Position numbers and translations under genes: made by a program
Assembly (NCBI RefSeq): GCF_006345805.1
Contig: NC_043003.1
Coordinates: forward strand, 92,876,001 to 92,940,000
DNA length: 64,000 bases
From: Octopus sinensis
Lineage: Eukaryota
Direction of reading: 5' to 3'
Part shown: piece after piece, positions 38,976 through 52,679 of the stretch
Layout of the letters: each line of letters begins with the position of its first letter
Numbering within the stretch: the stretch's first letter is position 1
The notes under the pieces: generated by a model
Seen by the model: the letters and a program-made list of their open reading frames with translations, nothing else
Databases searched by the model: none
What the model was told of the DNA's origin: nothing

Positions 38976-41603
38976 CAGCTTGAAAAATTAAAAAATATTT
39001 TTTTAAATAATATTTTTGTTGTTTTTGTAAAATCTCAGAAAATAATTAAAAGTTCACATTTTTTGTCAAAATTATTTTGTTATATTTGTCTATCTATCCA
39101 ACTGTAAACATTTTAAATATTTCACTAAATTTTTGTTATAACTTGGCAGAAGGGTACATATTTCGCCAAAAATTACTAAATTTGTTCCCACAGTCTTCTT
39201 TATTCACAACCAGAATCGTAAACTTTCTCTTGAAAATATTTCAAACTGGTCAATAAGAAAAAAAAAAAAAATGACCATCCCGAAATGTAACAATACCTGC
39301 TTCAACTCAGTTTTACATGAGGAATCTTCCAACAAAAATTCATAAACGTAATCACTGATGTTAATGTTCTTAAATGAATTCGGTCCATCCCACAATGACG
39401 AAATATAAGTGGCTGATGACGAATTAGTGGGAGAGCACTGTGTGCGTTTGTGTGTATGCCTGTGTGTATATACACGTCTACATACACACCTAACTCTGTG
39501 TCTGTGTATATATATATATATATACATATGCACACACGCACACACATTATATATACGTGTGTATATATACATACATACACACATACATTCGTCATCGGCC
39601 GTCCTATGTCCAAATTTGGTCAAATGCATTTTTTAAATATTTATTTTTGCTTGCAATAGCTGATGCTTTTTGTCTAACTGTCGTATCTCCAGCTGGAATG
39701 GTAAAACGATTTTAGGGTCTGCTGTTGGCAATATGTGTTTTTGGTGGGGTCCGGGGGTGGTAAGCGGAATGGCCGACCCGGGCGGCGCACACTCTAGCTA
39801 CGCTAGTGCTCCATATCCTCCTTACTCAGCTCAGTATTCTTATTATCCCCTTCCGTTCATTCAACAATTCCATCAATTTCTCGTTCCTAGTTTGGACAAC
39901 CGTGAATCTCCGACTCCGCAAGGAGACTTATTCCTTTATAGGACCATACTTATTCTCAGCATAAATCTCGTCCCAGATTCATTCATAATAATAATCACTG
40001 AATACGATGAGCGGAACAGCTGTTCGGAGCTTCTGGACGATTCTGAACTGGAGAAGTTCCTTCGGTCATTCAGTATTTTTCCCTACTGGTCCCACGTGGG
40101 GCCGAAGCTGAGGTTATTACATTTGACTTTGCTTCTAATCTATTCGTCTTCGGAGTGACAGTTGGTATTATTGTGATATTAGTGGCTTCTCTTCCAATTC
40201 TACGGTACACAGTTTCTTTTTTCATGGCTTTTGCCGCTTCGTCTAGTTTATGCTGCCTGTCATCTAATATTTGAATCTTTTGTCTTGCTCCACCCGTGTA
40301 ACCGACATGTGAATCATACCCTGTCCGAGGAATAATCGGGGATGGCCATATCATATTGGGGTGGAACCAACAATATTTAGAGGTGAAAACCAGGTCCAAC
40401 CAACACTTCCTGTCGACAAGATGTGCACTCATCTCTTGACCGTAGAGTTTTGCGAAGGTCATGAGTAGATACAGCTTACCTCGTCACATATGCCTCAAGC
40501 AATGACTCCTATATTACGATATCCTACGCAACACAGTGGAACAGTTGTTACCCCTTACTTTAGGGAAAACTCTTCAGTGTTCTCTCGCTACTAGTTCTCT
40601 TAACTGAAACAAGCATATATAGTGCACTGCCTTAATACACTATATATAGAGCAATACTAAATATTGAGAGACACTGAAATTGTTATTATCAATAAAGCGT
40701 CTATGATAACCTATTTTTTGTGAAATAAACAGCTGCTAGAGAGACATCATGGGAGATAATGATGCATTTTGCAGTAAGATAATATCCCTTGGGGAGTAGG
40801 ATTTCATACAAGTGCTATCAATTCAGTTGCGAAAGCCATCTGCTGCAGTCGTTGCATATTGTATAAAGCAATCTCACAAGTAGCGGCACTTCAAACAATT
40901 CACATTGTCAAATAATACACAATACTCTTATTGTCGAAAATGAATGTAGAGGTAATACAAAAAAGGACTTCAAAGAGGTCGCTCCTCTCAGGAAATTGTA
41001 CTTTAACCTCAGCTCTCTCTGATGTGCCATGACTTTCGCCCGACTTTTTCGATGCCCGTGATTGCATTGTCAGAAGACTATTTCGAGAAAGCATCAGCGA
41101 AGATACAAAAATACGGGTAATCGTATCACCATAAATGCTGAGTGTTTAGCTCTTAACTAAAAAAGGGGGAAAATGTTTTTCTAGAGGAGTTGATAAAATA
41201 TTTTGGCAGTAATACAGTGGTATGTAATAACTACTCAATGAAATTCATTAAATTCGTTACTTTATCATGCATGTCACCTCACCAACTAAAACGTGCTTAA
41301 TTTTTTTCCCCTTCAAACAGGTTAGTGCAATGACATAAAGATGAAAGTTGTTCATCATTATAACAACTGCATCTAGGTATCATAGATCAGCGGTTCCTAC
41401 ATAGCTAAGAGGGAGGATAAAACTGGGTATCAAGTTTAATCTTCCTATTGGTAAACAGGTGGTTAAAAAAATTCTTTCACAACTACATGGTTTCGGGTAC
41501 AGTCCCATTGCGTGGCACTTTGGGCAAGTGTTTTCTACTAAAGCACCAGGTTGACCAAAGCTTTGAAAGTGAATATAGACAACGGAAATTGTTTGGAAAG
41601 TTG

Positions 41604-41645
<42 letters not shown>

Positions 41646-42094
41646 ATGCGTGCGTGTATGTGTGTGTGATGTGCCTAGCGACAGTCCTAAAATTTCACTC
41701 AACCTTGTCAGCCTTAATTTTTGGCGCAAAAAACTTTGTCACATGACATTAACGCACGAACATAGTGGAAAACCTATAAAAATTTCTATGATTAATGATC
41801 ACATGATCTTCCTCTACTACATTTGACAGACAAAATTCAGGAAGCCTTGATTGTTTGAGATTGTTACTAGACGTGTTTACTCAACCGTGACAGATTGTAC
41901 CAACGGTGCCAAACATATTGTCACATAACATATATATATATATACATATATATATATATTTCAATTGCAGATATATATGTATCTTCAATTGAAAAATTAC
42001 TGAACGAAATAACAACGAAGCTCTCAGCGCTTTTAAGGAAAATATGCAATATATAAACAACAAACATTACACAATAAAATACATAAGAATAGAA

Positions 42095-42829
42095 AAAAGA
42101 AAATCATCTGGTTTAATCTCCCCTCCAACATACTAACTGCTAAATTATTTTTCAAAATACTTTAAAAACACTTGCACCCCAACCATAAGTACTACAAACT
42201 AATAAATAAGCGTAACGAAAAATAGTCATACTCCACTAGCAACAACTTCAAAAAAACTGCAGCCAATTAAAACCATCAAAAATGATCTAAAAGTGAAAAC
42301 TTGAACCACACATATAATAACAATTGCAGTTGTAGAACACCTTACTGCCCTCTAGAAAGAAACTGTTTGTCAAGAAATATCGTATATTTGATTCATAAAT
42401 ATTAGAATGTGGTAGGGTTCATTAGTACAAAATTGGCAGGGTTTGTTATCTTGGTATGGTTGTACGTGAGAAAGTATTTTCTAATTGAGGCTAACAGTAA
42501 CCACAAACACGTCACCAAGTACTTTATCTGCATATATATGTTCTACAGAGAACTAGTTCAAAATACGATTGAACCAATACACCGCCACTTTTTGCAACCC
42601 CCAAAATACAAAAAAAATGATGCGTTACCATTCAAACATATATAGCACTTAAAATTAAAAAATACAGCGCTTAGCCTCAATTAGAAAATACTTTCTCACG
42701 TACAACCATACCAAGATAACAAACCCTGCCAATCTTGTACTAATGAATCCTACCACATTCTAACATTTATGAATCAAATTCTGAACCGAAACTCCGAACT
42801 AGTATCTTCATGGAAGTACAAAATCTTAA

Positions 42830-42830
<1 letters not shown>
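42095..42830 (+). mobile_element. Penelope-like element remnant (C-terminal half)
   Basis: IWFNLP...KHLHP.HKYYKLIN...SYS; NCSCRTPYCPLERNCLSRNIVY; YICSTEN*FKIR; *KILSHVQPY...CQSCTNE...LNRNSELVS. Contains an internal inverted copy. Confidence 0.85.
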
Positions 42831-42860
<30 letters not shown>

Positions 42861-44143
42861 TGTATGTATGTATGTATGTATGTATGTATGTATGTATGTA
42901 TGTATGTATGCTTACATGCTTAAACAGAATATAGAAGTTGGACCAATATGCTGCTGAACTGATTTTTTTAGTTAATGCCCAGTTTTTTCGGAGAGAGAGA
43001 GAGAGAGAAAATATAGACTCTTGCGACTGCTTAGTTTTGAAACGAAATTACATTAAAAGAACGAAATTAAATTTTCCCACTTATGACTCGTTTATATTTC
43101 ACTGGGGGAAGCGATAGAAGACGAAAATTGGGCAACGCATGCGCAAATATTGCCAGGCTCGTAGACGATCATTCTGGCATTTCTCTTAGCACATCCGGAA
43201 AAAGGAGACTGTAGTATTAATGTTTGCTAACTGATAAAATTGAGTTCGAGACCGTGTAGCATTCAACAACGTAAAGGAGAGCACTCACATGCACACACAC
43301 AAATGCACATTAAAAATACCTGCAGTAACAAATATGTTATTGCTTTTGATATACAATACTATTTGGGATCAGAAAAAAAAAGAACAAGGTGTTACTATGC
43401 AAACCATATGAACAATGAAACGCCTATAGAAATACCGGACTCAGTAAAAACAAATATGCGGAAACCGATCCAATCTAATCTCTTTCCGGATATTGACTAA
43501 TTGTATGGTGTGGGGAATATTTACAAGGATATGATATATGAGTGTATACGTTTCTCCGATCCGTTTTCACTTGCAAATTTTATCTGATATACAACACTTA
43601 TTTAAGACGTATTTAAAAGAAATACAATAGGCCGACGAGTTAAAAGTAGATATTTACTATTACAACAAAAATAGTTAGTATTACAAGGAAGGTACCGCGT
43701 TGTGTTCGTGGCCAAATCACAAAAATGATTCTCTCAGTTTTCTGTATATAGGAACCATATGTAGTATAACTAGTAATCTTAAACAGCAAGGTTATATTGG
43801 ATAATGGCTGAATGGTTTCTTTTTTTTTTTTCTTTGGCCTTTTGCAAAATGCTGAATTCAAAACCTCCTACAAACGTTGTTATTGAGTCGACCAGAATTA
43901 ATTTGACGGAGGTACGTCCACACGAAATGGATGTCTACTGTTGTGTCCCCACCATCCAATATGTAATGGAATTGATGCAGAACAAATATTTTAAGGGACG
44001 TCGATCACGAAGCATCGTTTTTCGGTTTTCTCGTCGATGTTGAAGTCTTTCGCTGATAAAGATCGGCGACAGGTACACACACCCACTCATCTCACAGACG
44101 TAGGCACACATGTGCACACGCACACTGTCACGCGCACGTGTGA

Positions 44144-44180
<37 letters not shown>

Positions 44181-44897
44181 CAAAAGTTAAATTTTCCAGG
44201 TTTCTATGACGTGTGTAGGTACTGAGATTGTGTTTATTCATAATTGTAGTTTGGTGATTTAAGGAAAAAGATATCTTTAAGTCTTGCTTTACATATTTTC
44301 TTGAAATTCTAAATCGACATGATTGTTGTGTGTTTCTTAAATGGCTTATAAACACCTTCCACGCTGCAATTATTTTCGTTCCAGTACACGATCTCAGACC
44401 AGGTCACCTGCTACGCAAGTACATCTCCATAAATCGATATGCTTTTCTTGAAACAAAGACAATTCCAAAAGAATGGCTTTATTCAGTGAGAGCTCAGTTT
44501 GGTTTGGCTTGGTTTGGTTTGATTTGGTACTTTAATGAAAGCGTGTCTTATTGCTCAGTACCCTCTTACAGAGTTTTGGTACATCCAAATATCGAGGCAA
44601 CCAAATTGATGATTTTACCCTCAGTGCAAATTTTAAAGAGAGACACTGAAGAAGTTTGAGAAACTGTTGAAAAGTTGGCAGCTTCGCAGCATCAACAATA
44701 GTGTGAACTGATTTGTACAATATGGATTGGGTTACTATTTGTTAAATGATAGTGGCATTGAGATCAATTATGCAAAATGCCACTAAGACTTACGTGAAAA
44801 GCTAAGACTATGACTTACACAGAGCCACTATGACTTACGTGAGAGGCTAAGACAAATGGTAGCATTTTTGAGAGTTGTCGATGTTTATTCCATAATA

Positions 44898-45124
44898 CAA
44901 GGTGCGGCAGAAAGACTGCCCGATTTCAAAGTTTAATAAAAAAAAACTCATGAAGATGTATGAAAAACCTTTGCATTTCTATAAAGTACATTAAATGCCA
45001 TTTTTTTTGTTTCAGGTTGTATTCACCATGGCCTAAGGTGGAGGCATCGTTTTTTCTTGTATCTCCATGTGTTTTTTTTTTTTATTAACCTTTGAAATCG
45101 GGGCAAGCTTTCTGCCGCACTCTG
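44898..45124. mobile_element. Tc1/mariner-type MITE
   Basis: TA-flanked, ~55-bp imperfect TIR CA(A/G)(G/A)GTGCGGCAGAAAG. Confidence 0.8.
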
Positions 45125-46742
45125 TATTTATATTGCTATACTCAGTGTCAACTGATGGCTGACCTTTGCCCCCACCTGAAATAAAACTTTTGCAAACCGG
45201 GTTGTTGATATATCTTTAACCTTTTTGCATTTGAACCGGCCATGTCCAGCCCAAAGGTTCTATCTATTTTACGTTCAAACCAACCAGATCCAGTCTCCCA
45301 CATCTACTCTACAATGTCATGCTAAAAATGTGCATGATGAATTTAAAACAAATTGAATAAAAATGTATTACAGTTGACAGAGTAATCTGAATGCTAAAGA
45401 GTTAATACCGCAACCCTTACGTGGGAGAAAGATGAAGATTTTCCGCTTGTCTCCAAAACACACAATTCTTTGAGAAATGGTTTCAAATCAACGGCCAAGT
45501 GTACTCTTCGAGATGAAACTATTAGAGCGTAAGACTGTAATTCCACCAAGAACGCTAGCGTTACCTTTGAAATTTTATAAAGTGTGATTGGGAGTTCCAA
45601 ATATTAATCTGTAAGACATTGTGCATCGATTACTTTTAGCTTGGACTACGGTACAACCACTGCTTTTCCAGATTCTTTGCTAATATTGGTTTAGGCGAGG
45701 GGTTTAGTCTATTGTATCGACCTCAGTGCTCAACTAATACTAATTTTATCGACCCTGGAGGGGTGAAAGACAAAGTCAACGGAATTTGAACTCAAAACGG
45801 AAAGACAGACGAAATACTGCTAAACATTTTGCCAGGCATGCTTAACAATTCTGCCAGTTCACCACCTTATTCTTTGCTAATTTTACACTCTAGAAAAGGC
45901 AGCGAGGTTGCAGAATGGTTACTGTGCCGGGTAAAATGCTTAACAGCACTTCGTACGTCTCTACGTTCTGAGTTCAAATTCCACCGCGGTCGACTGTGTT
46001 TTTCATCCTTTAGCACTGGAGTTGAGGTAACCGACTTACCCTGCTCCAAACATTCTGGTCTTGTGTCAAAATTTGAAACGAATATTACGCAAAGGATTGT
46101 AATTGCGTACAAGTTTAAGTGACAACTTGAAGGCAGAATGAGCAGTTCTGTCACATGTAAGCAAAGTTGCAAGTGTAAGCATGTATCAAGTGTAAGCATG
46201 TGAACAAAGTTTACTGCAATTCTTGATAAAGCCATTGGAATAGAAATTTGCCTGAATGAATTTGCTAAACTTAAGTTTATGAAAAGAAAGTGTTCAACCT
46301 GGAGTATCAAAGAACAACAAAACTACTCTTCGCCAACCAAGTAGTTGTTTAATCCTTATACAACCTTATTTGTTTATTTGAAAAGAGGAGTTCATTTTGT
46401 CGGATATGCTGTTGAATGTTGAAATGTTACAGTATGTTACCTGAAGAATTTCTCGACTGAAATCTATGACTACTGTTCATATTGCAACAGGTGTTAAACA
46501 CTGTTTAAGAGCTTTGCCAACCATGTCCTAAAAGAGGCACGAGCAGATTAGACACATCCTAATTTTAGTAGGACATATTCAGAAGAAAAAAAAAGTTTAG
46601 CGCATTAAAGCTTATAGGGTGGCCAAGCTTCTTATATCGGGCCCGTGGTGATTTAAAATTTTTTTTTGTGACACTTTTTTCAGGAAAAAAATTCGAAAGC
46701 AAAAAACAAAACAGGCAAACAACCCAAAGCGTACTTTATATA

Positions 46743-47129
46743 ACTATTTCTTTATCACCCACTAGGGGCTAAACATAGAGGGGACAAACAAGGACAGACA
46801 AAGGTATAAAGTCGCTTACATCGACCCCGAAAGGATGAAAGGCAAAGTCGACCTCGGCGGAATTTGAACTTAGAACGTAACGGCAGACAAAATACCTATT
46901 TCTTTACTACTCACAAGGGGATACACAGAGAGGGGACAAACAAAGACAGACAAACGGATTAAGTCGATTACATCGACCCCAGTGCGTAACTGGTACTTAA
47001 TTTATCGACCTCGAAAGGATGAAAGGCAAAGTCAACCTCGGCGGAATTTGAACCCAGAACGTAACGGCAGACAAAATACCGCTAGGCATTTCGCCCGGCG
47101 TGCTAACGTTTCTACCAGCTCGCCGCCTT
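46743..47129 (-). mobile_element. Group B SINE dimer
   Basis: 15-bp TSD AGCGTACTTTATATA at 46728-46742 and 47130-47144. Confidence 0.88.
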
Positions 47130-48044
47130 AGCGTACTTTATATACCATCAAATACAGTATCTAATGAAGATCTGATATTGAACCGATCGAAAAGTAATCC
47201 AGGTGTAAATGTTGTAAATATGCATTGTAAAGTTGTTAATCCTAAGAAAATGTCAGCTCAGTGACCATCTCCTATCTGGTAATTTTAGATATTTGGGCTT
47301 CACTTTCCTTTTCCTTTTTGACCAATTCTAGAAATGAGAAAACGCAGCCGATAAAGGTTTACGTATGTCGTTATACAAACTACCACGTCATTCTTTGTAA
47401 ATGTGTATTTATTCTTTATTCACGAGTGCTACATTTTTAGTTATCACAATTTAGACGTTGCGCCAGGTGCAAGTAAATAATGTTGTAATGACTAATAGTA
47501 ATTGCTCTGGAACACGAGACAAACTTTAGGATAAGTTTTGTTTGGAAAATAGTTCCTATTCCTGATACTGAAATTATCGAAACTTTAATTGCTACACATG
47601 ACCATCGTAACATCCTGCTTTATCACTGAATTATAGGTTTGGGGTGGAATCCGGTTGAAACGAATCCATTATAACATGATGTTTATTTCGGATAAAAAGA
47701 ATCTGGGATGTTGTTTCAATTTCTAGTCATGGTGTAAGTCGTGATTTTAGTTTTGTCGGTAAGGACCCTAGGTAGGATGACTAATCATATTCTTCTGAAG
47801 CATTAAGGCTTTGTACCTAAAACAAGGGAAAGTATATGACATTATGGGTGGTAGAATATCGTTGTTCAAAGAAAATCAAGAAATTAACAGTTTTAAACAT
47901 AGTTTTATAAACAATAATAACAAATAGTAATAATGTGTTTTGAATAGCATAACAATGCACTATAATATAACAACAATGGACTATAATAACTGGTGTAATT
48001 TAATCATCTATAGTCTGATATAATATTTCGGAAAATCAAAAATT

Positions 48045-48235
48045 CCTTTCCTATATTTAAGAGATGAAGAATTATGTGCATTATTTACATTATTTACATT
48101 ATTTACATTCGACAGATATTTGTCCTCATCTTGTTTGTTGTTAACACAACGTTTCGGCTGATATACCCTCCAGCCTTCTTCAGGTGTCTTGGGGAAATTT
48201 CGAACCTGGGTTCTGATTCCAAAGGTATTTTTCGA

Positions 48236-48278
<43 letters not shown>

Positions 48279-48757
48279 ATTATTACTATTATTATTACTG
48301 GGTGAGAGAGCAGTTCATGCCATCAAAGTGACACTGGGGCAAAATATACGAAGCCCAGTATACCCATCATGACTACCCGTCTGATAAGGGTACACCAGGC
48401 TAATGCATTACGACCATATGTGCGTGACATGGTAATTTCTCATCAAGATAAACAGAGCATGACCTTGCAGGTGAGGCCCAGTTAGAATTTTCTTCTGGTC
48501 GAGTAGCCCATCCCGCTCAAACGGTCCTTGAATAAGGATTGTCTAAGGATGTTGAACGAAATACCCATGTTTCCAAAGGTGAATTATCCAAACCTCCAAG
48601 AGTTCCTTTCAACACACGGCTATGATGCTCCCCACTTCTGTAGTCAGAGATGCACATATCGTCAGCCACTAAGGGGCATGCTCAACTGGTTAAGGTCAAA
48701 CAACTGACAAGCAAATCTGTGGTAATGAGCAGAATATTTGCTGTAGCCCATCTTTGT
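48045..48757 (-). mobile_element. Second copy of the hammerhead module + (GTT/ATT)n + ~450-bp element
   Basis: Same order and sequence as 36797-37543, more diverged. Confidence 0.75.
48143..48188 (-). ncRNA. Minimal type I hammerhead ribozyme-like motif
   Basis: Minus strand GACAC-CTGAAGA-A-GGCTG-GAGGGTATAT-CAGCC-GAAA-CG-TT-GTGTT; 5-bp stems I and II; palindromic ACGT stem III. Confidence 0.75.
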
Positions 48758-49424
48758 AACATTGACTCGATCAATCCCTGGGGATATCTGAAGAAGGAAT
48801 TTTTAAATTCCGAAATATTATATCAGACTATGGATCATTAAATTACACCACTTATTATAGTCCATTGTTGTTATTATAGTGCATTGTTGTGCACTATAAT
48901 AGTAATAATGTTCAAAACACATTATTACTATTTATTATTATTATTGTTTACAAACAATACATAATACTTCAAGAGAACTACAATACTCTCCTATATTTTT
49001 ATAACTTATAAGTTATCCAAGGGATGAAATGTTTGTTCTCATGATCTTTGAACAGGACCTATAAGAGTGGGATTCTACTGATACACTTATGATGGGCGTA
49101 GGGTGGCGAGCTGGCAGAATTGCTAGCATGCCGGGCGAAATACTCAGCGGCATTTCGTCCGTCTTCACGCGCTGAGTTCAATTTCATCCTTTCGGGATCG
49201 ATAAAATAAGTAATCGGCGCATCTCCTCCCCGGAACTGGCTGGCCTTGTGCCAAAATTTGAAATCAATTTTTGATGAACCACTCAAAGAAAAAATATATA
49301 ATTGCAGTCCTTTCAGTTGAGAGGATTTCCTCACAAGAATGGTGATGCAGCTGTTTTACTTTACCGAGCAATATTTGCATTCAAAACCTGCAATATTAAC
49401 AGGTAGGGAAGACCTTCCCTGATT

Positions 49425-49560
49425 GTTGATATTAGTGCAGTTGATGTTCTACTTGAAGATCTGTAGGTAAATGTCTGCGGTAAAACTGTGGGTGAAGAAA
49501 GAATTCCAGAGGGTTGCAGTTCTTGGGGTAAAAATGGGTAAAACGTTTTGTACGAGATTT
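49425..49560 (-). mobile_element. CR1/Jockey-group LINE 3' fragment
   Basis: Minus strand PRTATLWNS...LQIFK*NIN. Confidence 0.55.
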
Positions 49561-50189
49561 AAAAGACGAGCATGTATAAAAGATAGTTGAGGGGCGTATT
49601 ATCATTGATTTGCAAACCTACTCTTTCTATTTATCAGCTCCTTTCTGAGTTTTCTGAACCAGGTGCTTTAAAATTTTTTCAGTCGTCTCCACATAATGCC
49701 ATCAACAACTCACAGAGAACTGACGCACACAACTGAAAAGAAGCATTAAGAACCTATTTCTTTATTACCCCCAAGGGGCTAAACATAGAGGGGACAATCA
49801 AGGACAGACATAGGTATTAAGTCGATTACATCGACCCTAGTGCGTAACTAGTACTTAATTTATCGACCCCGAAAGGATGAGAGGCAAAGTCGACCTCAGC
49901 GGAATTTGAACTCACAACGTAACGACAGACGAAATACGGCTACACATTTCGCCCGGCGCGCTAACGTTTCTGCCAGCTCGCCGCCAAAAAGAAACGATGA
50001 TGCTTTTGATACCTTAATGAATGTTAAATAGATAAACGACGCGAGTTCAAAACTTCACGTTGTTGATTATTCTGGAGTTTTCAAAAAGACATATTGCAAT
50101 CGGGTCTCACTGTTGTGTCTCGCTGTTGTGTTTTATAAATTTGGTTCTAAGCTCCTTCAATTCAACATTTCAATTTCTTAAATCTTTCT

Positions 50190-50712
50190 TTTCTTTTACT
50201 TGTTTCAGTCATTTGACTGTGGTCATGCTGGAACACCGCCTCTAGTCGAGCAAATCGACCCCAGGACTTATTCTTTGTAAGCCTAGTACTTATTCTATCG
50301 GCCACTTTTGCCGAACCGCTAAGTTACGGGGACGTAAACACACCGGCATCGGTTGTCAAGCGCTGTTGGGGTGACAAACACAGACACACAAACATACACA
50401 CACCACCACACATACATATACATATATACGACGGGCTTCTTTCAGTTTCCGTCTACCAAATCCACTCACTAGGCTCTGGTCGGCCCGAGGCTATAGTAGA
50501 ATACTTCTCTTGAAGTATTGTGTATTGTTTGTAAACAATAATAATAATAAATAGTAATAATGTGTTTTGAACATTATTACTATTATAGTGCACAACAATG
50601 CACTATAATAACAACAATGGACTATAATAAGTGGCCCAAGGTGCCACGCAGTGGGATTGAACCCGGAACCGTGTGGTTGGTAAGCAAGCTACTTACCATA
50701 CAGCCACTCCTG
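50190..50712 (-). mobile_element. Group A SINE interrupted by a ~130-bp templated insertion
   Basis: The consensus resumes after 50634. Confidence 0.85.
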
Positions 50713-51828
50713 TTGATAAAAAAATCTGATATCAGCAGAAAACTTGTAAGATTAATACAAAACTCGTTTCATCTGTTTAGATGGAGTACCATAAATGTCG
50801 AGCTATGTAGATAGAACTGTTCATCGTGAATTTCACAAGCTTTTTCAAAATGATTTACTTTTTAACGGCAAGATCAAACTATTTTTATACGAGGATTTTA
50901 ACTAACACTTCGTATCTTAAAGCTAACAGAACTGCTATCATGAACACAGTTATTTTGGATGTGAGTGACAAAACCGAAAATTTCCATTAATATAAAGCTA
51001 CAGAATGGCAAGTCCGTGACGAGCTTATTTACTGTTTCATGTTAGCGGAAGGAGGAAAAAAATTAACTATAATGGAAAATTTTTAGTAAATTGGGTCTTT
51101 CCAACTTCACGGACAGAGCAATACTATCATCTAGCATAATCTGTACAATTATCAAGTGAATTTCCTAAACAGCTGCAACTTCAGTGGAGTGCCCACTTAT
51201 ACTTTGACCTCGAAAAAAGGATGTTTAAAAAGTGATTGCAGTAAATGAACTTTGAAGCGAAACAAAAATTCGAACAAACCCTGAGGTGACATTGTTATTG
51301 AGACAATGATATGCAAAACATGTCGTTGTACAAAGTAGTAAAAATTTTTCTGACCCCATTTTGCAATTCATCCTTATGATGAACTGAAAATTCCTGCCCT
51401 AGTTGCTTACACCAATCCCTGTACTAGATTGGTATTTTAAAAGTTTTATCTAGGCCGAAAGGGTGAAAGATGATGTCTCCGGCAGGATTTAAACTCATAA
51501 TGTAAACTCAAAATACCGCAAGATATTTATTCTGATGTCCCACCTATTCTACTAGCTCGCCGCAGTTTTAGTTAATAACATTCAGTATAGATGTTGAGTA
51601 AAATAGATAGTTCTCCACAAGTGATATATTTGTACAGGGCAAGTTGCATGTGACTCTATGGAGTCTTCCAGAGAGCTACAATATTGTTAAAATATTACCA
51701 ACACCCAGTACACTGAAATTTTTTTTTCAGTTTTACGACTTCTTTCTTAACTTTTATCCCGTCCAGATACTTAATTCAGATAAATACACCCACATCTGAC
51801 AACACACTTACAGACGCACGCACAAACA

Positions 51829-51882
<54 letters not shown>

Positions 51883-52536
51883 TACACACACACACACACA
51901 AACACTACATTGAGTATAGTAATACAAACAGGAAGAATACAACTCAAAACATGAGTATATGCATGCTTTTATTTCTAATATCCCGGATGAATAGTATAAT
52001 TCAGCCACAGTACAGACAACAGATGCCTGTTGTCTGTACTGTATTTTTATTAGTTTTTTTAAAAATATCCTTTTCATGAACAACGTTTCTAAACACACAA
52101 TTAAATCCCTACACACACGGTCACACACATGAGAAAACGCTTACACAAATTAATGATGTCCTCTCTCACTTACAATTTCAAGAAATTCAAACCCCACATC
52201 AGAAAAATAATAATCAATTAGAGACCAGAAAAACGTTCTTCAGTCAATAAACGCAAAAAAATAAGTAATGCAGATTCACAGGCAAGACTAAAGGATATAA
52301 AAACACCAACAATATCGAGTTGTAACAGTTCTCACTTGAAGGTCGCATTGGCGTGAAACTCGAGTCGCGAGACAAACTCTTACTTTTCATTTTAAAAAAA
52401 ATTACATACATACGTAAATATGTGTGCACGCGCACGCGCGCGTACACACACACACACTCGCTCTCTTATACACATATGCATTATATTTTCAAAAAACTAT
52501 ATTAATGTGTCCGACTGATTAAAATTCTATTTATTT

Positions 52537-52624
52537 GTGCAGCTGATGATAGCTCTGCATTTAAATTGATGTAATGATTGCATTGTTCAAATAAATGGAG
52601 TAGCTTGAAACGGTCGTACTGCAT
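52537..52624 (+). ncRNA. Type I hammerhead ribozyme-like motif (best-formed copy)
   Basis: GTGCAG-CTGATGA-T-AGCT...AGCT-T-GAAA-CG-GT-CG-TA-CTGCAT; 6-bp stem I; predicted cut after A52618. Confidence 0.8.
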
Positions 52625-52679
52625 CACTTCTCGATATCCTGTTGCTTATTTTGATTATATATATATATATATATATTAT

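Noticed and set aside
46442-46470. CTGAAGA...GAAA at 46442 and 44646
   Set aside because: No stem II or stem I pairing; consistent with chance.
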